Shown: positions 1-12,620 of the stretch, one piece after another
How positions within the stretch are numbered: position 1 is the stretch's first letter
Layout: every line of letters starts with the position of its first letter
Assembly (NCBI RefSeq): GCF_016433145.1
Contig: NC_058131.1
Coordinates: 27,436,774 to 27,500,773 of the forward strand
Origin: Gracilinanus agilis
Lineage: Eukaryota
Direction of reading: 5' to 3'
Length of the DNA: 64,000 bases
The notes under the pieces: generated by a model
The model's database searches: none
The model's input: the letters and a program-made list of their open reading frames with translations, nothing else
Told to the model about the DNA's origin: nothing
Position numbers and translations under genes: made by a program

Positions 1-1527
1 ATCTTCCTGACTGAAGGCTTGCTACTCTATCCACTGAGCACATAGCTGTCCTACCAAAGTGATATTTTTTAACTTTAGATCTGACCTTACTTAGTAGACT
101 CTAATGGCTTCCTATTATCTCCAGGATCAAATATAAAGTCCTCTGTTTGATTTTACAGTCCTTTATAACCTCACTCCTTCCTACTTTCACTGACTTTTTA
201 CATACTATTCCGCTCTGTGATCCAGCAACACTGGCTGACTTATAGTTCCTTGCATGTAAGTTCTCCCCTGTACCTGGAATACTCTCTGCCCCACCTGTTC
301 CTCACCTCTGCTTCCTGGCTTCCTTCTAGACTCAGGTCAGATCTTAGCTTCTGAAAAAAGCCTTTCCCAATACCTCCCCATTTCTATCCTCTGCTATTGG
401 TACTTCCCCTCTCAGATTACCTGATTTTTCTCTATATATGTCTTGTAGGTACCTGGTTGTTTGTATGTTGCTTCTTCCATTAGATGGCGAGAACCTCAAG
501 GACAAATTTTTTTGCCTCTTTGTATCCCCATCACTTAGCACAATGCCTGCCACATAGGAAATCTTTATTCAAGGCTTATTGATTGATTGATGATACCATA
601 TTTATTCCTTGTTTGGAGAGGACAGTTCTCATTAGTTAAGTGGCTGCATGGACAAAACTCTACAACGTAGCCTTTGTGTAGATACAGAAGGCAAGTTCCC
701 TTCTGGGATCCATGAGGTTGTTAAATCATTCAGTAGAGGGAAATCAGTCTGCACTGTAGTGTGGTGGGATAGCTTTGGATTTAGGGAGATCCCTTTCAGG
801 GATTAATTGTTACCATCAAAGACACTGACCACAATGTCTATTTTTTCAATGTAGAAATGCCCCAGAGGAAAAATACTCTCAAAATTGCATGGAATATGTA
901 GCAACATGAGATAAAAAAGGAAACCAGGCTCCAAGATTCTATAGCCATTGAGGAAAAAGGGCAATTGCTTTTTAGGGGAAAAGGGCAGCAAGTCTCTGAG
1001 CTTAGGGACAAGAAGCTATCACCATTCGAGCTGAGGTTCAGTGACTGAGGTAATTTCAAAATAGTGGGAGCCCAGGTGCTGAAGGCAAAGAATCTGGGAC
1101 CTATTTTAAGAGGGGAATCTGGTATCCTGGAAAGGTGATGTTATTGAGGATTAAGACTTAGAGTAGAAGCCTTTATAGTCCTTTCCCTGGATCAGAGCAT
1201 AGCAGGTATTGAGCCCCTGGACATTTTTTAACCACCCCCTTTTTTAGATCCTTCTGTCTATCAACTTGAAGACAGAAGAATAGCAAGGGCTAGGAAATTG
1301 GGGTTAAAAGACTTGCCCAGGGTCATATAGCTAAGAAGTATCTGAGGTCATATTTGAACCCAGGTTCTTTCAATACCTTCTATCCTCTGAGCTACCTAGC
1401 CACCCCTGACACTTATCTTAATGATGTTGCTTCTTGTATTTGGGTCCACAAAATCCCAGAGGGAAGAAGAGGAGGTTGGAAGGAAGGAAAAAGAGGATAG
1501 GAACAGCAGTGAGTGGGGCAGACTTAC

Positions 1528-1788
1528 TTTCCCCTCTCTTATCATCCTTTACCCAGTTCTGGAGGGCCCAAAGATAGTCAATCTCATTGAACTTTAACTT
1601 CTGCTGCATGTCTTCAATGAAGTCAGCTCCTAGAGCATGGGAAACCCAGGCCTCTTTGATCACAAACTGCTGTTGCTTTTTGTTATAGAAGGCTATCTCG
1701 ACATCATCCAAAAAGCTGACCAGGGTGAAGTCCAAGAGACTCTTTGTCGTTCCCACTGCAGTAAAAAACATCTCATGGCTGTGATGGG
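1528..1788 (-). CDS. Gene A exon 2 (alpha1); downstream exons lie off the left edge of the window
   Basis: Polypyrimidine tract with tttag acceptor and gtaagt donor. 261 nt, phase 1/1, open: HHSHEMFFTAVGTTKSLLDFTLVSFLDDVEIAFYNK...NWVKDDKRGE. Confidence 0.9.
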
Positions 1789-2709
1789 CTAAAGGACAGA
1801 AAGAAAAGGAAAGAGAGACTGGCATCTTCCATACCTCCTACTCTTAGGAGACTAACCAGAGTTGGACAGACTGGGCAACTTTCCCAGAAGGCAATCCAGA
1901 AGGGGGCCTTGGTGCCCATCATTCCTTTCCATGAGTGCCTCCCACCTAATTGGCACACAGCAGGGCTCAATAAGGTCTACTCATTAATCCCTGGACTCGA
2001 GACTGTTCCTCGAGGATACAGCCCCTTTGTTCATTAAGATCTTGCCTTTTGGCAAGCTAGAAATGACTCTGGGGAGAGTAGAGGAGTTAGGATCATGGAG
2101 AGAGCAACATAAGGAACAAGTGCAGATGACTGCTGTCCTAGAGAGTGCAAGATTTTCTGTCTGGGTCGGGTCTGGATGCAGCTGATTTATTTAAGCAGGG
2201 AAATTGTTGTAGGGGTTTTAAACACAGAAATTACTGTTGTAGAAGGGATTGGACCTTCCTAGCTGTGTGACCCTGGGCAAGTCACTTAGCCCCAATTGCC
2301 TAGCCCTTACCTCTTTTCTGCCTTGGAACTGATACTTAGTAATTCTAAGTCACAAGATAAAGATGAAAAAAAATGGGGTTGGCCCCTTGGTTCAAGTAAA
2401 GAAAAGGAAGGAATCACTCTTTGGAGGAAGGCAGCCTGGCTGGGATTATTTTCCTTGGAGATCAAGAGAACACTACTGTGTGGGCCAATTACACTGGCTT
2501 CCAAACTGGTGTCCTTGCCTTAATTTTCTCCCCACCCCATTTTATCTTCCATTTAGCTTACAAAGTGATATAGCTCAAGTATAGGGACAAGAGCACGCCA
2601 TTTCCCTACTCAGTAAGTTATAGTGGCTGCCCATTCTTACCATCATTAAGCCTGGGCCAGAAGGGAGAATTCTATGATGAATTCTGGAAGCAGATTAAAG
2701 CTGGCATGA

Positions 2710-2910
2710 AGAGATTTTCTCTGTCTCTGTCTCTTACTCTCCATCTCTGTCTCTGTCTCTCCCTTCCTTCCCTCCTCTCTCTCTCTCCCCCACCTCTGTC
2801 TTTTTGTCTCTGTCTCTCCCTCCCCCCTTCCTCTTCCCCTCCCTGTCTCCTCTCTGTCTCTCTGTCTTTGTCTGTGTCTTTTTGTCTCTGTCTCTCCTTG
2901 TCTCTCTGCC
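2710..2910. repeat. (TC/TCTG)n low-complexity tract
   Basis: Visible pyrimidine-rich degenerate repeat. Confidence 0.9.
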
Positions 2911-3463
2911 AAAACCAGAATAGTGGAAACATATTAGGCAGGCATTTCTGATCATTTCATCTTTCCAGATGGTGCATATTTCTATTCTGAACCTGGGCCT
3001 GAGCAGTAAATAAGAAATGATTGCTTAGGTAAAAATGACAAGAAACTGGAAAGAAGGTGGCGGTGACATCTTTGAGCTTATGGTGGCTATAAAAAGGGAA
3101 ACGTGGGCTTGATTTGACACGTGCCCTAGACTTGGGAGAGCAGTTACAAAAATTCAGGGAAAGGATAAAGAGAGAAAATTCCACAGGAAAAGTGGTCTTA
3201 AGAGGGATGGGACACCCTCAAGAATAAAATTCTGACAAAAATAACCAATTTATTTCAATGAGGAAGGAAGGAGGGAACTTTGCTGTGGTTTCATCATGTG
3301 GCAATGAGATTTCAGGAAAGAAGCCAGCAGGAGTCACTCTGGGAGCTGTGACAGTCAAATACTACATATTTGTATTTTTATAACTAAATATTTATATTAT
3401 TTTTATATTGTTGTATTTATAATAACTAAACAGCAGTGTATTTCAGACACAAAACTTATGGAC

Positions 3464-3750
3464 TCAGCAGTTCTCAAACTTTTCAGTCTTAGGACCCTTT
3501 TACACTCCTAAAAATTATTGCAGATTCCTCAGAGTTTTCACTTATAGAGTCTATATTTAATGATATTTACCATATTTGAAATGATCACATTAGATATTAG
3601 AATATTTACTCTATTAGAATATTAGAATGTTTACTCTATTAGAATTGATATTAAAAATGAAAACATCTTTATGTTATTATTATTATTAAAAGAGTTTTGA
3701 CCTCAAGAACCCCCTGAAAGTGCCTAGGGGACATTCAGGGGTACTTAGTG
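3464..3750. mobile_element. hAT-Charlie/MER-type MITE remnant
   Basis: cagcagttctcaaactt...ggacccttttacactc..aaaattattg start. Confidence 0.5.
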
Positions 3751-4751
3751 ACTTGTAACACTAACTCATTGACTTTTCTGCCTTTCTGCTTTCAGTTTGA
3801 GTCAAACTTAGCATTGATGAAATAAGATGTTCAAAGTACTTTGTGAGGCTTAAAATACTTAAACAAGTACTTAAAATACTATCATTGGGGTAATCAGATG
3901 GTTCAGTGGATAGAGAGCCAAGCCTGGAGATGAGAGGGGAGGCCAGGGTTCAAATCTGACCCCAGACACTTCCTAGCTGTGTGACCCCATTGCCTAGCCC
4001 TTACCTCTTTTCTGCCTTGGAACCAATATTTAGTACTGATTCTAAGAGGGAAGATAAGGGTTAAAACACTTCATCGTTTTCATCATCCGTTCTAATTTCC
4101 TTCAAGCCTCAGCTAGTGTACATTTCTACATGATGCCTTTGTTAAATTTCCCAGCTCCTAGGGCATTCCTCCCCACTGCCTCAATTGTTTGATTGAGATC
4201 CTTTCCATCTCAGGTTTTTTTATTCTATAATTCTGTGATCAAAGAAGTAAAGAGATGAGTCATACTAGAACAAGCTTGGTAAAGTGACCGGGCTCTCCTG
4301 GGCAGTATATGGGAGCAGGAGGAAGCCTGCTCCAGGGTCCATCAGCAGAGCTGCTTCTGATGGAGAGATATTGAAACAGGAGGTGGAGAGTCAAGGATAG
4401 CTGTGGATGGTGGCCTCGTTCTTTGGAATTTTCCTTGCCCTTGTTCCTAGGTCTGAGCAAGCTTTAGCCATCATTATCCAAAGCCTAACTGTGTTTGATG
4501 CTGGCTAGGTTCTATACTGAGGACAAAAGAACTGAGGCTCAGAGGGAATAATTCAGTGCTGACCCAGCAAACAAGGTAAGTCAGGAGTTGCTGCTGTTTC
4601 CCCAAGATAGACTTGTTCCTTTCCTCTTGTGCCAAGGTTGGAGATACCCTCTTGCTAGCTATCTTCATACCCTCAAAACTAATCAATTATTCCTTTTTCT
4701 CACTTTCCCAATGGCCTCAGATTCAGCCTTGCAATCAGAGCTCCAACTCAC

Positions 4752-4836
4752 CTGCCTCGGTTTCCCTCACAGCAAATACTCCCATAATGTACAGCCAAGA
4801 TGAGAATGACTCTCTCATTGACTTCTGGCTCTTCAT
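4752..4836 (-). CDS. MHC class I-like (UT-family) gene A, exon 1 (signal peptide)
   Basis: MKSQKSMRESFSSWLYIMGVFAVRETEA+G, then a gtgagt donor. 85 nt, phase 1, same length as the leaders of genes B and C. Confidence 0.85.
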
Positions 4837-5052
4837 TCTGCAATTGCTTGGCTTCCTCAACAGCATCTCGATTGGATAGAAGCTCTGGCCCCCAAACCTT
4901 ATACTGTCTGTGATCCCCAGATGGGCAGTCTCTCTCTGCCTCATCCTTCCCCACCTCCCTTTGTTGGGGTTGGCTCTTCCCAGATAAACATTTGTCTCCA
5001 AGCAGAAGTTGACTCTGCCTGGCAGGAATAAGAACAGAAGTGAAATTTCATC

Positions 5053-5072
5053 TGTGGTAAAATCAGGAAACT
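5053..5072. promoter_or_regulatory. Conserved RUNX+ETS-like promoter motif, gene A
   Basis: TGTGGTAAAATCAGGAAACT, about 220 nt upstream of the ATG. Confidence 0.5.
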
Positions 5073-8000
5073 CCAGAGCATGATCATCATCAGGCTTTGG
5101 CAGGGAGACCCCCCAGTGCCATAGACATAAATGGCATTCTTCAAGTTGTTTGAATTAAGCTGGATTCAGACAGTGAGCAATGTCTGATGAGGTAGACAGG
5201 GCCTCATCTTTGGAGAGCCCCTGGTTTAATGGAAGAAGTAGCTTCTCTTCTTAAGGAACCATTAGTTTGTCTGAAGAGACAATGGGAAAGACCCTTTCTG
5301 ATAGGAGATATGTCTTTCCTGTAGGAAGCCAATGGTCTGATCCCATGGTTTATTACTCATCCCCACTATATTCTTCCTCCATTTGTAAAATGCCTGGTAG
5401 GGAACCTCAAAAAGCATTTTGATGTTTCCTTAAACTCCCAATTCCCAAGTCTCCTTAAGTCCCATACCCTATACCTTTATTCCACTGCAGAGATACACAA
5501 GGATAGTCACACCCTAGGTGCCACCCTTGTACACAATCATCTCATGTATTTAATAAAAAATGTGGACACTTCACTCTCTGGAAACATCTCCTGTCATTCT
5601 CTTTCTACTTGTGCCTTGACTCTCCCAAACATATTTTCTGTCCTCATCTCTACTGACAACTCTTCAATCCATTAGTAATTCCTAAGTTCATTACTTCTGT
5701 TCTGGTTTCCTTCCCAATTTTGTCTTTATATTTTGTCAATTCAACTCTTCATTTTTTGATTCTTGTGAATCCATTGACCTCTTATCCCCTATAGATGATC
5801 ATCTCTTGCCAAACTCAAAACATGCATTGTACCTGCCTAGTTTCCTTCTCTACTTTTACAGACATGCTGCTGAAAAGGGCTGGAAGTCCCATGACCACAT
5901 GAAATTCCTGCTATTTCATTGACTTTATAGCAGCAAAGCCATCTTTTTATTCCTCCCTAATTGATCCATATCTCACTCACCAAATAAAGCCTTTTACTCC
6001 CTCCTCAATGTGCAACCATCCCATCCTCCCCCTTCCCTTCTCCACTGAGGAATAAAATTGAGATCATTCCCCAATTTTTCCTTTCCTCCAGTCTTTAATA
6101 ATGAAATGACTTCTCCTCACCAAGGTCCATTCCTCTTCATATAGTCTTGATCTCATCATATCCCATCCTCCCACTTTTGGCAGCAGATTGTCTCCATCCT
6201 TATTCTCCAACCCCTCTCTTTTTGTCTTCAACATTCCCTATCTCCTTGTTCTTCCCTACTGCCTTTGGACAAGAGCAAGTCTTCCCCATCCTTCAAAAAA
6301 CTTTCACTAGACCCTACCATTTCCTTAAGATGATGTCTAATATCTCTCTTTCCTTTATTAGTTTAAGTCCTAGAAAAGCATTCTACTCTCAGTGTCTCCA
6401 CTTACTCTCCTCTCACTCAATCTTTAGCCTTCTGTCATGTGGCTTCTGACTCCATCAATTATCTGAATGAAACATTTATTAAGTACTTACAATTTACTTA
6501 GTATCTGCTTACAAATTACATTGTACTAAGTTCTGATGATATATCTATATCTATCTATAAATGTGAAAGAATCCTTGTAATCAAGGAGCTCACATTTGGC
6601 CATGGACAAAAAAAAATATCCTCAGAAGGCCAGCCTCCTGGTGACAGGTGTCCCTTTACGATAGGCTAGGGTGACACTCAGGAAATGGACTTGGCTAGTC
6701 ATACTCAAAGCCTTTCTAGGATGATTGAACCTGACATTGGCATTGCCTTTCATAACCCAAGATCACCCATATGCCAGGAATAGACATCCATCTGAGTGAG
6801 ACTGTAGAAGGAAGTTATCATTGTTCAGGTGTTTTCCAGCCATGTCTGATTCTTTGTGATCCCATTTGGCATTTTCTTGGCAAGGATACTAGAGTGGTTT
6901 GCTATTTTTTATTTTATTTTACAGATTGAGGAACTGAGGTATACCCAATTAAGTGATTTACCCAGGGTCACATAACTAGTGTCTGAGACTAGATTTGAAG
7001 TCAGGAAGATGAGTTTTCCTAACTTCAGACCTGGTACTCTATCCACTGTGCCACCTACCTGCCTAGGGAGGGATTGACCATCAAAAAGAGTGCCAATATA
7101 GGATTTATTTAAAAAAACAAAAGTGCTTTTTTGCTTCAGAAAATCCTGAAGTAAAGGCTGAGAATGTGTTTTAGTCCTTGCTTTACAATTAATAAGCTAT
7201 GGCTTTGGCCCAATTATTTATCCCTGTTTGCCCCCACTTTCATCAAATGTAAAACATGATCACATTGGTAGTAAGTGGAGTTGCTGGGATTTGAACCCAG
7301 ATCTTTTAGATTCCCAAACTGGCCCTCTTTCTACTGTCTGCCCTTCAATCCATATAGTTCCAGGAATGTGTAAGCTTTTTTTTTATCTTTGAGCAGGTGA
7401 TACCTGCCTCAGGACCCTCACTCAGTACAGAGCTGTGCCTACATTTTGGGGACCTATTTAGAAATAGCACATAACTTCTTTTCTTGTAAAGAATGTATCA
7501 CTTTATTGGAGGACCATTTTTCATTTTCTTTTCATGACAGAGAGAGGTTGTAGATCAGAATTATCTATCACTATCCCATCATGAGATCTTACCTCTCCAC
7601 TCCCATAGCCCCACATGTCAGGTGATTGGAGCTCAAGCCATTCTATTCTTTTTTAAAAAACCTTACCTTCTGTCTTAGAGTCAACATTAAGTATTGGTTC
7701 CAAGGCAGAAGAACAGGAAGGGCAATTGGGGTTAAGTGACTTGCCCAGGGTCACATAGCTAGGAAGTGTCTGAAGTCATTTGATTATAGCTTCTAAAGGT
7801 ACAATGGGCAGCCTATTGCCAAGAGCTGAGCTTCATACTTTTTACAGGTCCAGCTAACTGTTTCATATCTATATATTTATATTTCTCTCTATCTACACTC
7901 CTAGGACCATGGCCATTTTCCTGGCTAGATATTTCTCATTTTTGATGAATTCTGACTTGGGTCAGGATTTTCTTGCTGACTACTAGATCTAGGGTAACCA

Positions 8001-8252
8001 TGCTATGTGGATAAGAATATCTCAACTCAGGGAAAATGTTTTAACTCAGAGAGGTTTATGACCCTGTAGAGAAGAGTCTCTTTTCCAAATCTAAGTTTAG
8101 GCCAAGAAATTTGCTGAGGATAAAAAGTTAGGGTTGAGGTTCATGTTTAGTTTAGGGTTTGGTGTGCAATGAATAACTTTATCTTCCATTATATGGGGAA
8201 CTCCCTCAAAGAATGAGAGGTTTAGATGCAGGCTACCAGTATACTCATTTTT

Positions 8253-8314
8253 CTAATGCAGAAGAAGAGGAGAAAGAGGTAAAGGTCCTTCCAGGTGTTC
8301 TTGTGAAGTTGTTC
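8253..8314 (-). CDS. Gene B exon 6 (cytoplasmic tail and stop)
   Basis: ccacag acceptor, phase 1, (G)TTSQEHLEGPLPLSPLLLH*. Homologous to the gene C terminal exon (shared LEGP). Predicted protein is 356 aa. Confidence 0.7.
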
Positions 8315-9162
8315 CTGTGGACAAAGGTCTTTTGTTAGTCTCATCTCAATTTCCAATTCCTACTCTTCCCACCATTCATGTGATTGAGACAGAAGGTAAT
8401 GAGAATGGACTTATACAATTGCATTCACACACATACCATCCTCCCCCATCAGTTCTGTAAACTATAGAATACTTCCCTACTCAGTGGCTTTCTTCTTTAT
8501 TGTCCCACCTTTTGATGGCCTTTGGGTGGGTGGGTGGGCTCTTTCCTTTTCTCTATAATACATTACAATACATCTATAATACATCATATATTCATTTTCA
8601 TGATCACCACTCCTCAGTACTTAAAAATCTCTATGATTCTCTCAATGGCCTTTCCACATCTCATTTGAGAATTTCTGAGCCTCAACATGCATCAATAAGC
8701 TATTTTTGACTCCTAATGTTAACTTAGACTGTAATAACTGAGGCACAATATTGTGCGAGAGGTAGTTGACAGCTCTGATGTATTTTATATCAGTGGTTGG
8801 ATCACCACTGGAAAAGCACCAGGTTAAGTTCTGAAGGAGCAGAGTACAAGGAACAGAATGGAGAGCACCGACTTTACTGGGGATGACTGCTGGAGTTGTT
8901 CTGAGCTCTGCGATTCTGAGATTCCATTTGGAGGATTTCCTCACCATAGTGCTGCTACTTGATCAAAGTGACATTACCATTACCATCATCAGCATCACCA
9001 TCAACATCAACTGTGGGACCATCATCAACATGATCACATTCTTCCCATTTCTATCTCTTTCTCCATCACTTACAACTATATAGACCTTTAAGTTTTATAA
9101 AATCATTTTGATCCATTGCTCTTATACTTTTTGATTTCCTTGGGTTCTTCTCATATACCCAC

Positions 9163-9279
9163 CTGCCTTCTTTTTCTTCCATGTCTTGAAGGACAGGGTA
9201 CAGCTCAACACCAGGATGACAATTGCCGGTATGCTTAGGGCCATGGCCCAAGGTCTCTCCACAGATGGCTTCCCAGGAA
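9163..9279 (-). CDS. Gene B exon 5 (transmembrane)
   Basis: 117 nt, AG/GT: PGKPSVERPWAMALSIPAIVILVLSCTLSFKTWKKKKA. Hydrophobic span followed by a basic stop-transfer. Confidence 0.9.
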
Positions 9280-9430
9280 CTTCAGGAGTAAAGGACAACA
9301 AACAGGAGTTGGAATTTGCCCAGGAGGTAATGAGGCGCGTGGTGAATGGGACCCAGTCCCAGGGGGAAAGAGAAGTTTCAAGGACTAGTCCACTTGGTAT
9401 AAATTCAACCAATGTGGGTGAGATACTCAC

Positions 9431-9709
9431 CTGGGAACATGGCTGGAGTCTCTAGCTCACTGTGCTCTACCACACAAGTATAACCTGTCCCAGGGTCACC
9501 AGGTGGAAGCTCCAGTGTTACTTGAAGGTAGAAGGTGGCATCAGCATTGGGCAGCGTACCACTGGAGCTCTCCTGTCCCCACACACCCAGTGCTCCACCC
9601 TTTTCCCAGTGAAGCAAGATGGAGTGGGGATAGAAGCCAGTGGCTCTGCAGGAGAGGGTGACTCTGCCATCAGGAGCATCATGTCGGGATACTGTCACCT
9701 CAGGGGGAA
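9431..9709 (-). CDS. Gene B exon 4 (alpha3, Ig C1 domain)
   Basis: 279 nt: PPEVTVSRHD...LSCRATGFYP...NADATFYLQVTLEL...YTCVVEHSEL, the canonical class I alpha3 motifs. Confidence 0.95.
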
Positions 9710-10517
9710 CTGATGGCAGAAAATAAAAGAGAAGATATCATCCCCAAAGCTCAGTAGGAGTCTTCTCTCCACCTCATCTCTACTTGCTTCAGAAGACCCA
9801 TGACTATCTCCAGGACCATTCTTCCTTCACTTATGCCAGTCATGACATTCCTACAACTTAGCCAGCAGCAGTTTATATATTAGTTGTTGGCAAAGATTAA
9901 AACAAAACTCAAACCTAAATCAAATCAAACCAGTGGTTAGTGATGAAACTTCTAGTGATGATTATTTTGGCTCTTAGCTAGGCTGGGTGACAGAGATCAT
10001 CCTTGGGTTAATGATTGATATTTTGCTCACAAATTAAGATCTGCTAGAACCAATCTCTCCTAGGTTTATTTTATTTTATTTCATTTTAAAAATCCTTACC
10101 TTCCTCCTTAGAATAAATACTGTGTGTGGGTTCCAAGGCAGAAGAGTGGTAAGGGCTAGGCAATGGCGGTTAAGTGACTTGCCCAGGGTCACACAGCTGG
10201 GAAGTGTCTGAGACCAAATGTGAACCTAGGACCTCCTGCCTCTAGGCCTGGCTCTCAGTCCACTGAGCTATCCAGCTACCCCCTAGTTTTAAATGGCTTG
10301 TAGACCCATATATTATGTCCACATCAAGAAGAGATATCAGAGTGGAACATTCATTACATCATGCATGAACCCAAAGAAGTAATAGTGTTTAACATTTTTA
10401 TGCTATGAACTTTCCTATGGAGATTTGGATAGATCCTGGAGCTATGGATACTCTGTCTTCTGGTAGAAGTGATGTAGGCTTTCTTGGAGGACATGGGGGG
10501 GTGAAGCAGGGACTCAC

Positions 10518-10784
10518 CATTTTTCCTTTTGCTTGAGTATTTCAATACTTTTCTCAGTGGCTCAATACAATCTTCCTCTATATAACGTTTTACTTTTTTA
10601 TAGGGAAAAATAACTTCCCAGAAGGGTTTGAAGCACTCAGCCTCAGGCTTCCTTGCCACCCAGTGCTTGAGCTGCTCATCTATGCCACAGAAAGTCTCCC
10701 CATCCACAGCATACCAGAAATGGCTGCTCACAAGGATGTCTCCATCCAGGTGACAGTCATGCCAGAACTGTACTGTGTGGTTAC
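10518..10784 (-). CDS. Gene B exon 3 (alpha2)
   Basis: AG/GT bounded, 267 nt, open: NHTVQFWHDC...YIEEDCIEPLRKVLKYSSKRKN. Carries the class I alpha2 Cys pair. Confidence 0.92.
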
Positions 10785-11439
10785 CTAAGTGGGGAGAGAA
10801 AGAAAAGGGTGAATTTGAGAACAAGGTAGGTGGTTATAGTGGAATGTAATCTTGAGGGCGGGATTGGTGTCATGTTTATTCTTAAATTCTCAGTTCCTAC
10901 CACAGTGCCTTGAACAGAGTGGTTACTTCGGAAATATTTATTGGATAGAATTGGGAAGAGGTGACTTAAAGTTGGGCTCCTGTTTCATATGCCTCAGAGG
11001 GGAAATTATTTTTTTGGTGAACTTTGGGGTTTAATTAGTGCCTCAAGTTGTACTTTTTTGATTTTTGAGGTGATTGGAAAATTGCCTGAATCATTTGTGT
11101 TCCAGTGATTCTTGATCAGGGAGAAGGTAAGAGAAGTGATTGTGTGGGTAAAACTCCAGATTTGGGCATTTCAATAAGTATAGGAAAGAGCTTTCTTTTC
11201 TGGGCTTCTTGACTGTCCCCAGATAAAGGACTTTGAAATTAATAGCTAGGAAATGCTGATCCCTAGGACAAATGTATTTTGCCTAATTATGGCTAAGCTG
11301 GCAGAAATGTGGATTTTGTTTTACACCCACTTTTTAACCTAGACGCTATGTTCATTGGTGAGAAATTACATCCCTTATTTATGAGCAAAAAGTTACATTG
11401 TTATTTTTTAAGAGGTAAATAGAACTTAATTTTTTAAAT

Positions 11440-11790
11440 TTAAATTTTAAATTTTGAATATTTTCCCATAGTTACAAATTTCATGTTCTTTCCCTCTCCC
11501 CCAAACTCCCCCAGCCCCCGTAGTTGATGCACAATTCCACCGGGTTTTGCATGTATCATTGATCAAGACCCAATTCCGTATTATTGATAGTTGGACTAGA
11601 GTTATCGTTTAGTGTCTACGTCCTCAATGATATCCCCAACAGCCCATGTGTTCAAGCAGTTGTTTTTCCTCTGTGTTTCTCCTCCCACAGTTCTTCCTCT
11701 GAATGTGGCTACTTTTCCTTCTCATAAGTCCCTCAGCATTGCTCTGGATCCTCGCATTGCTGCTAGTAGAGAAGTCCATTTACATTGTTA
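11440..11790 (-). mobile_element. L1 3'UTR fragment
   Basis: Similar to the L1 3' ends at 48740-48860 and 56600-56900. Confidence 0.65.
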
Positions 11791-12359
11791 TTTTTATTTT
11801 GCCTTCTGCTTAGTAAATGTTTCTGACTAATAAGTGGAATTAATTTTAGTTGATTTGCTAAATGAGAGGCAGGTTAGGGACAACATTACACAGAGCTAGG
11901 AGAATAATCTTCCTACCAAAATTACCCCCCAGAATTTTAAGAGCGTTGGCTGTGTTGGTGATCAAATCATTTGGCAACTCTTAAACTGCTAGTGTTTGGC
12001 TGCAGATTAGGTGAGTGAATTGTGAAAGGGGGAAGAGGAGAGAGGGGATGGTTAGGGAGTAATCAAAGCCCAAGGGCTCAGGACAAGTCTCCTGGACTTG
12101 CTCCAAGACTTGCGGCAAATGCCTTGAGAAGCTGATGTGGTTGAGTGTATACTGTGTCTTAGGGCAGAATCCTTTATAGCCCATTCCTTAAATTAAGGTT
12201 TAACTCTTCATTTGAGTCCCTAAACACTCATCTCATTGGTATAGACTCCTAGGTTTTTACTCATCAGATCCTTGATTAGAGCTCAGGATTGTGGTAGGGG
12301 AGAGAGATGAGGAAGAAGGAAAGGAAGAGTGAAGCAGTAATGAATTAGGGCAGACTTAC

Positions 12360-12620
12360 TTTCACCCTTGGTATCATTCTGAATCCAATTCTGGAGGGCC
12401 CAAAGAAAGTCTATCTCATTGTACACCAACTTCTGACGCTTCTCTTCAATGTAGTGGGCCCCCAGGGCCTGGAACACCCAGGCTTCCTTGATCACAAGCT
12501 GCTGATTCTTTTTGTCATAGAAGCTCCCCTGCACACCATTCATAGAACCAACCATGGTGAAGTCCAAGAGAGACTTTGTTGTACCTACTGCTGTGAAACA
12601 CATCTCAAGACTGTGGTAAG
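12360..12620 (-). CDS. Gene B exon 2 (alpha1)
   Basis: AG/GT bounded, 261 nt, open: YHSLEMCFTAVGTTKSLLDFTMVG...WIQNDTKGE. NDT sequon at the end of alpha1. Confidence 0.92.

Noticed and set aside
2646-2955. Several overlapping ORFs rich in R/E/Q or L/S/C
   Set aside because: Translations of a (TC/TCTG)n low-complexity tract.
8642-9083. ORFs and an acidic (GAT)-like stretch in gene B intron 5, considered as an extra cytoplasmic exon
   Set aside because: Degenerate trinucleotide repeat with no suitable acceptor and no counterpart in gene C.
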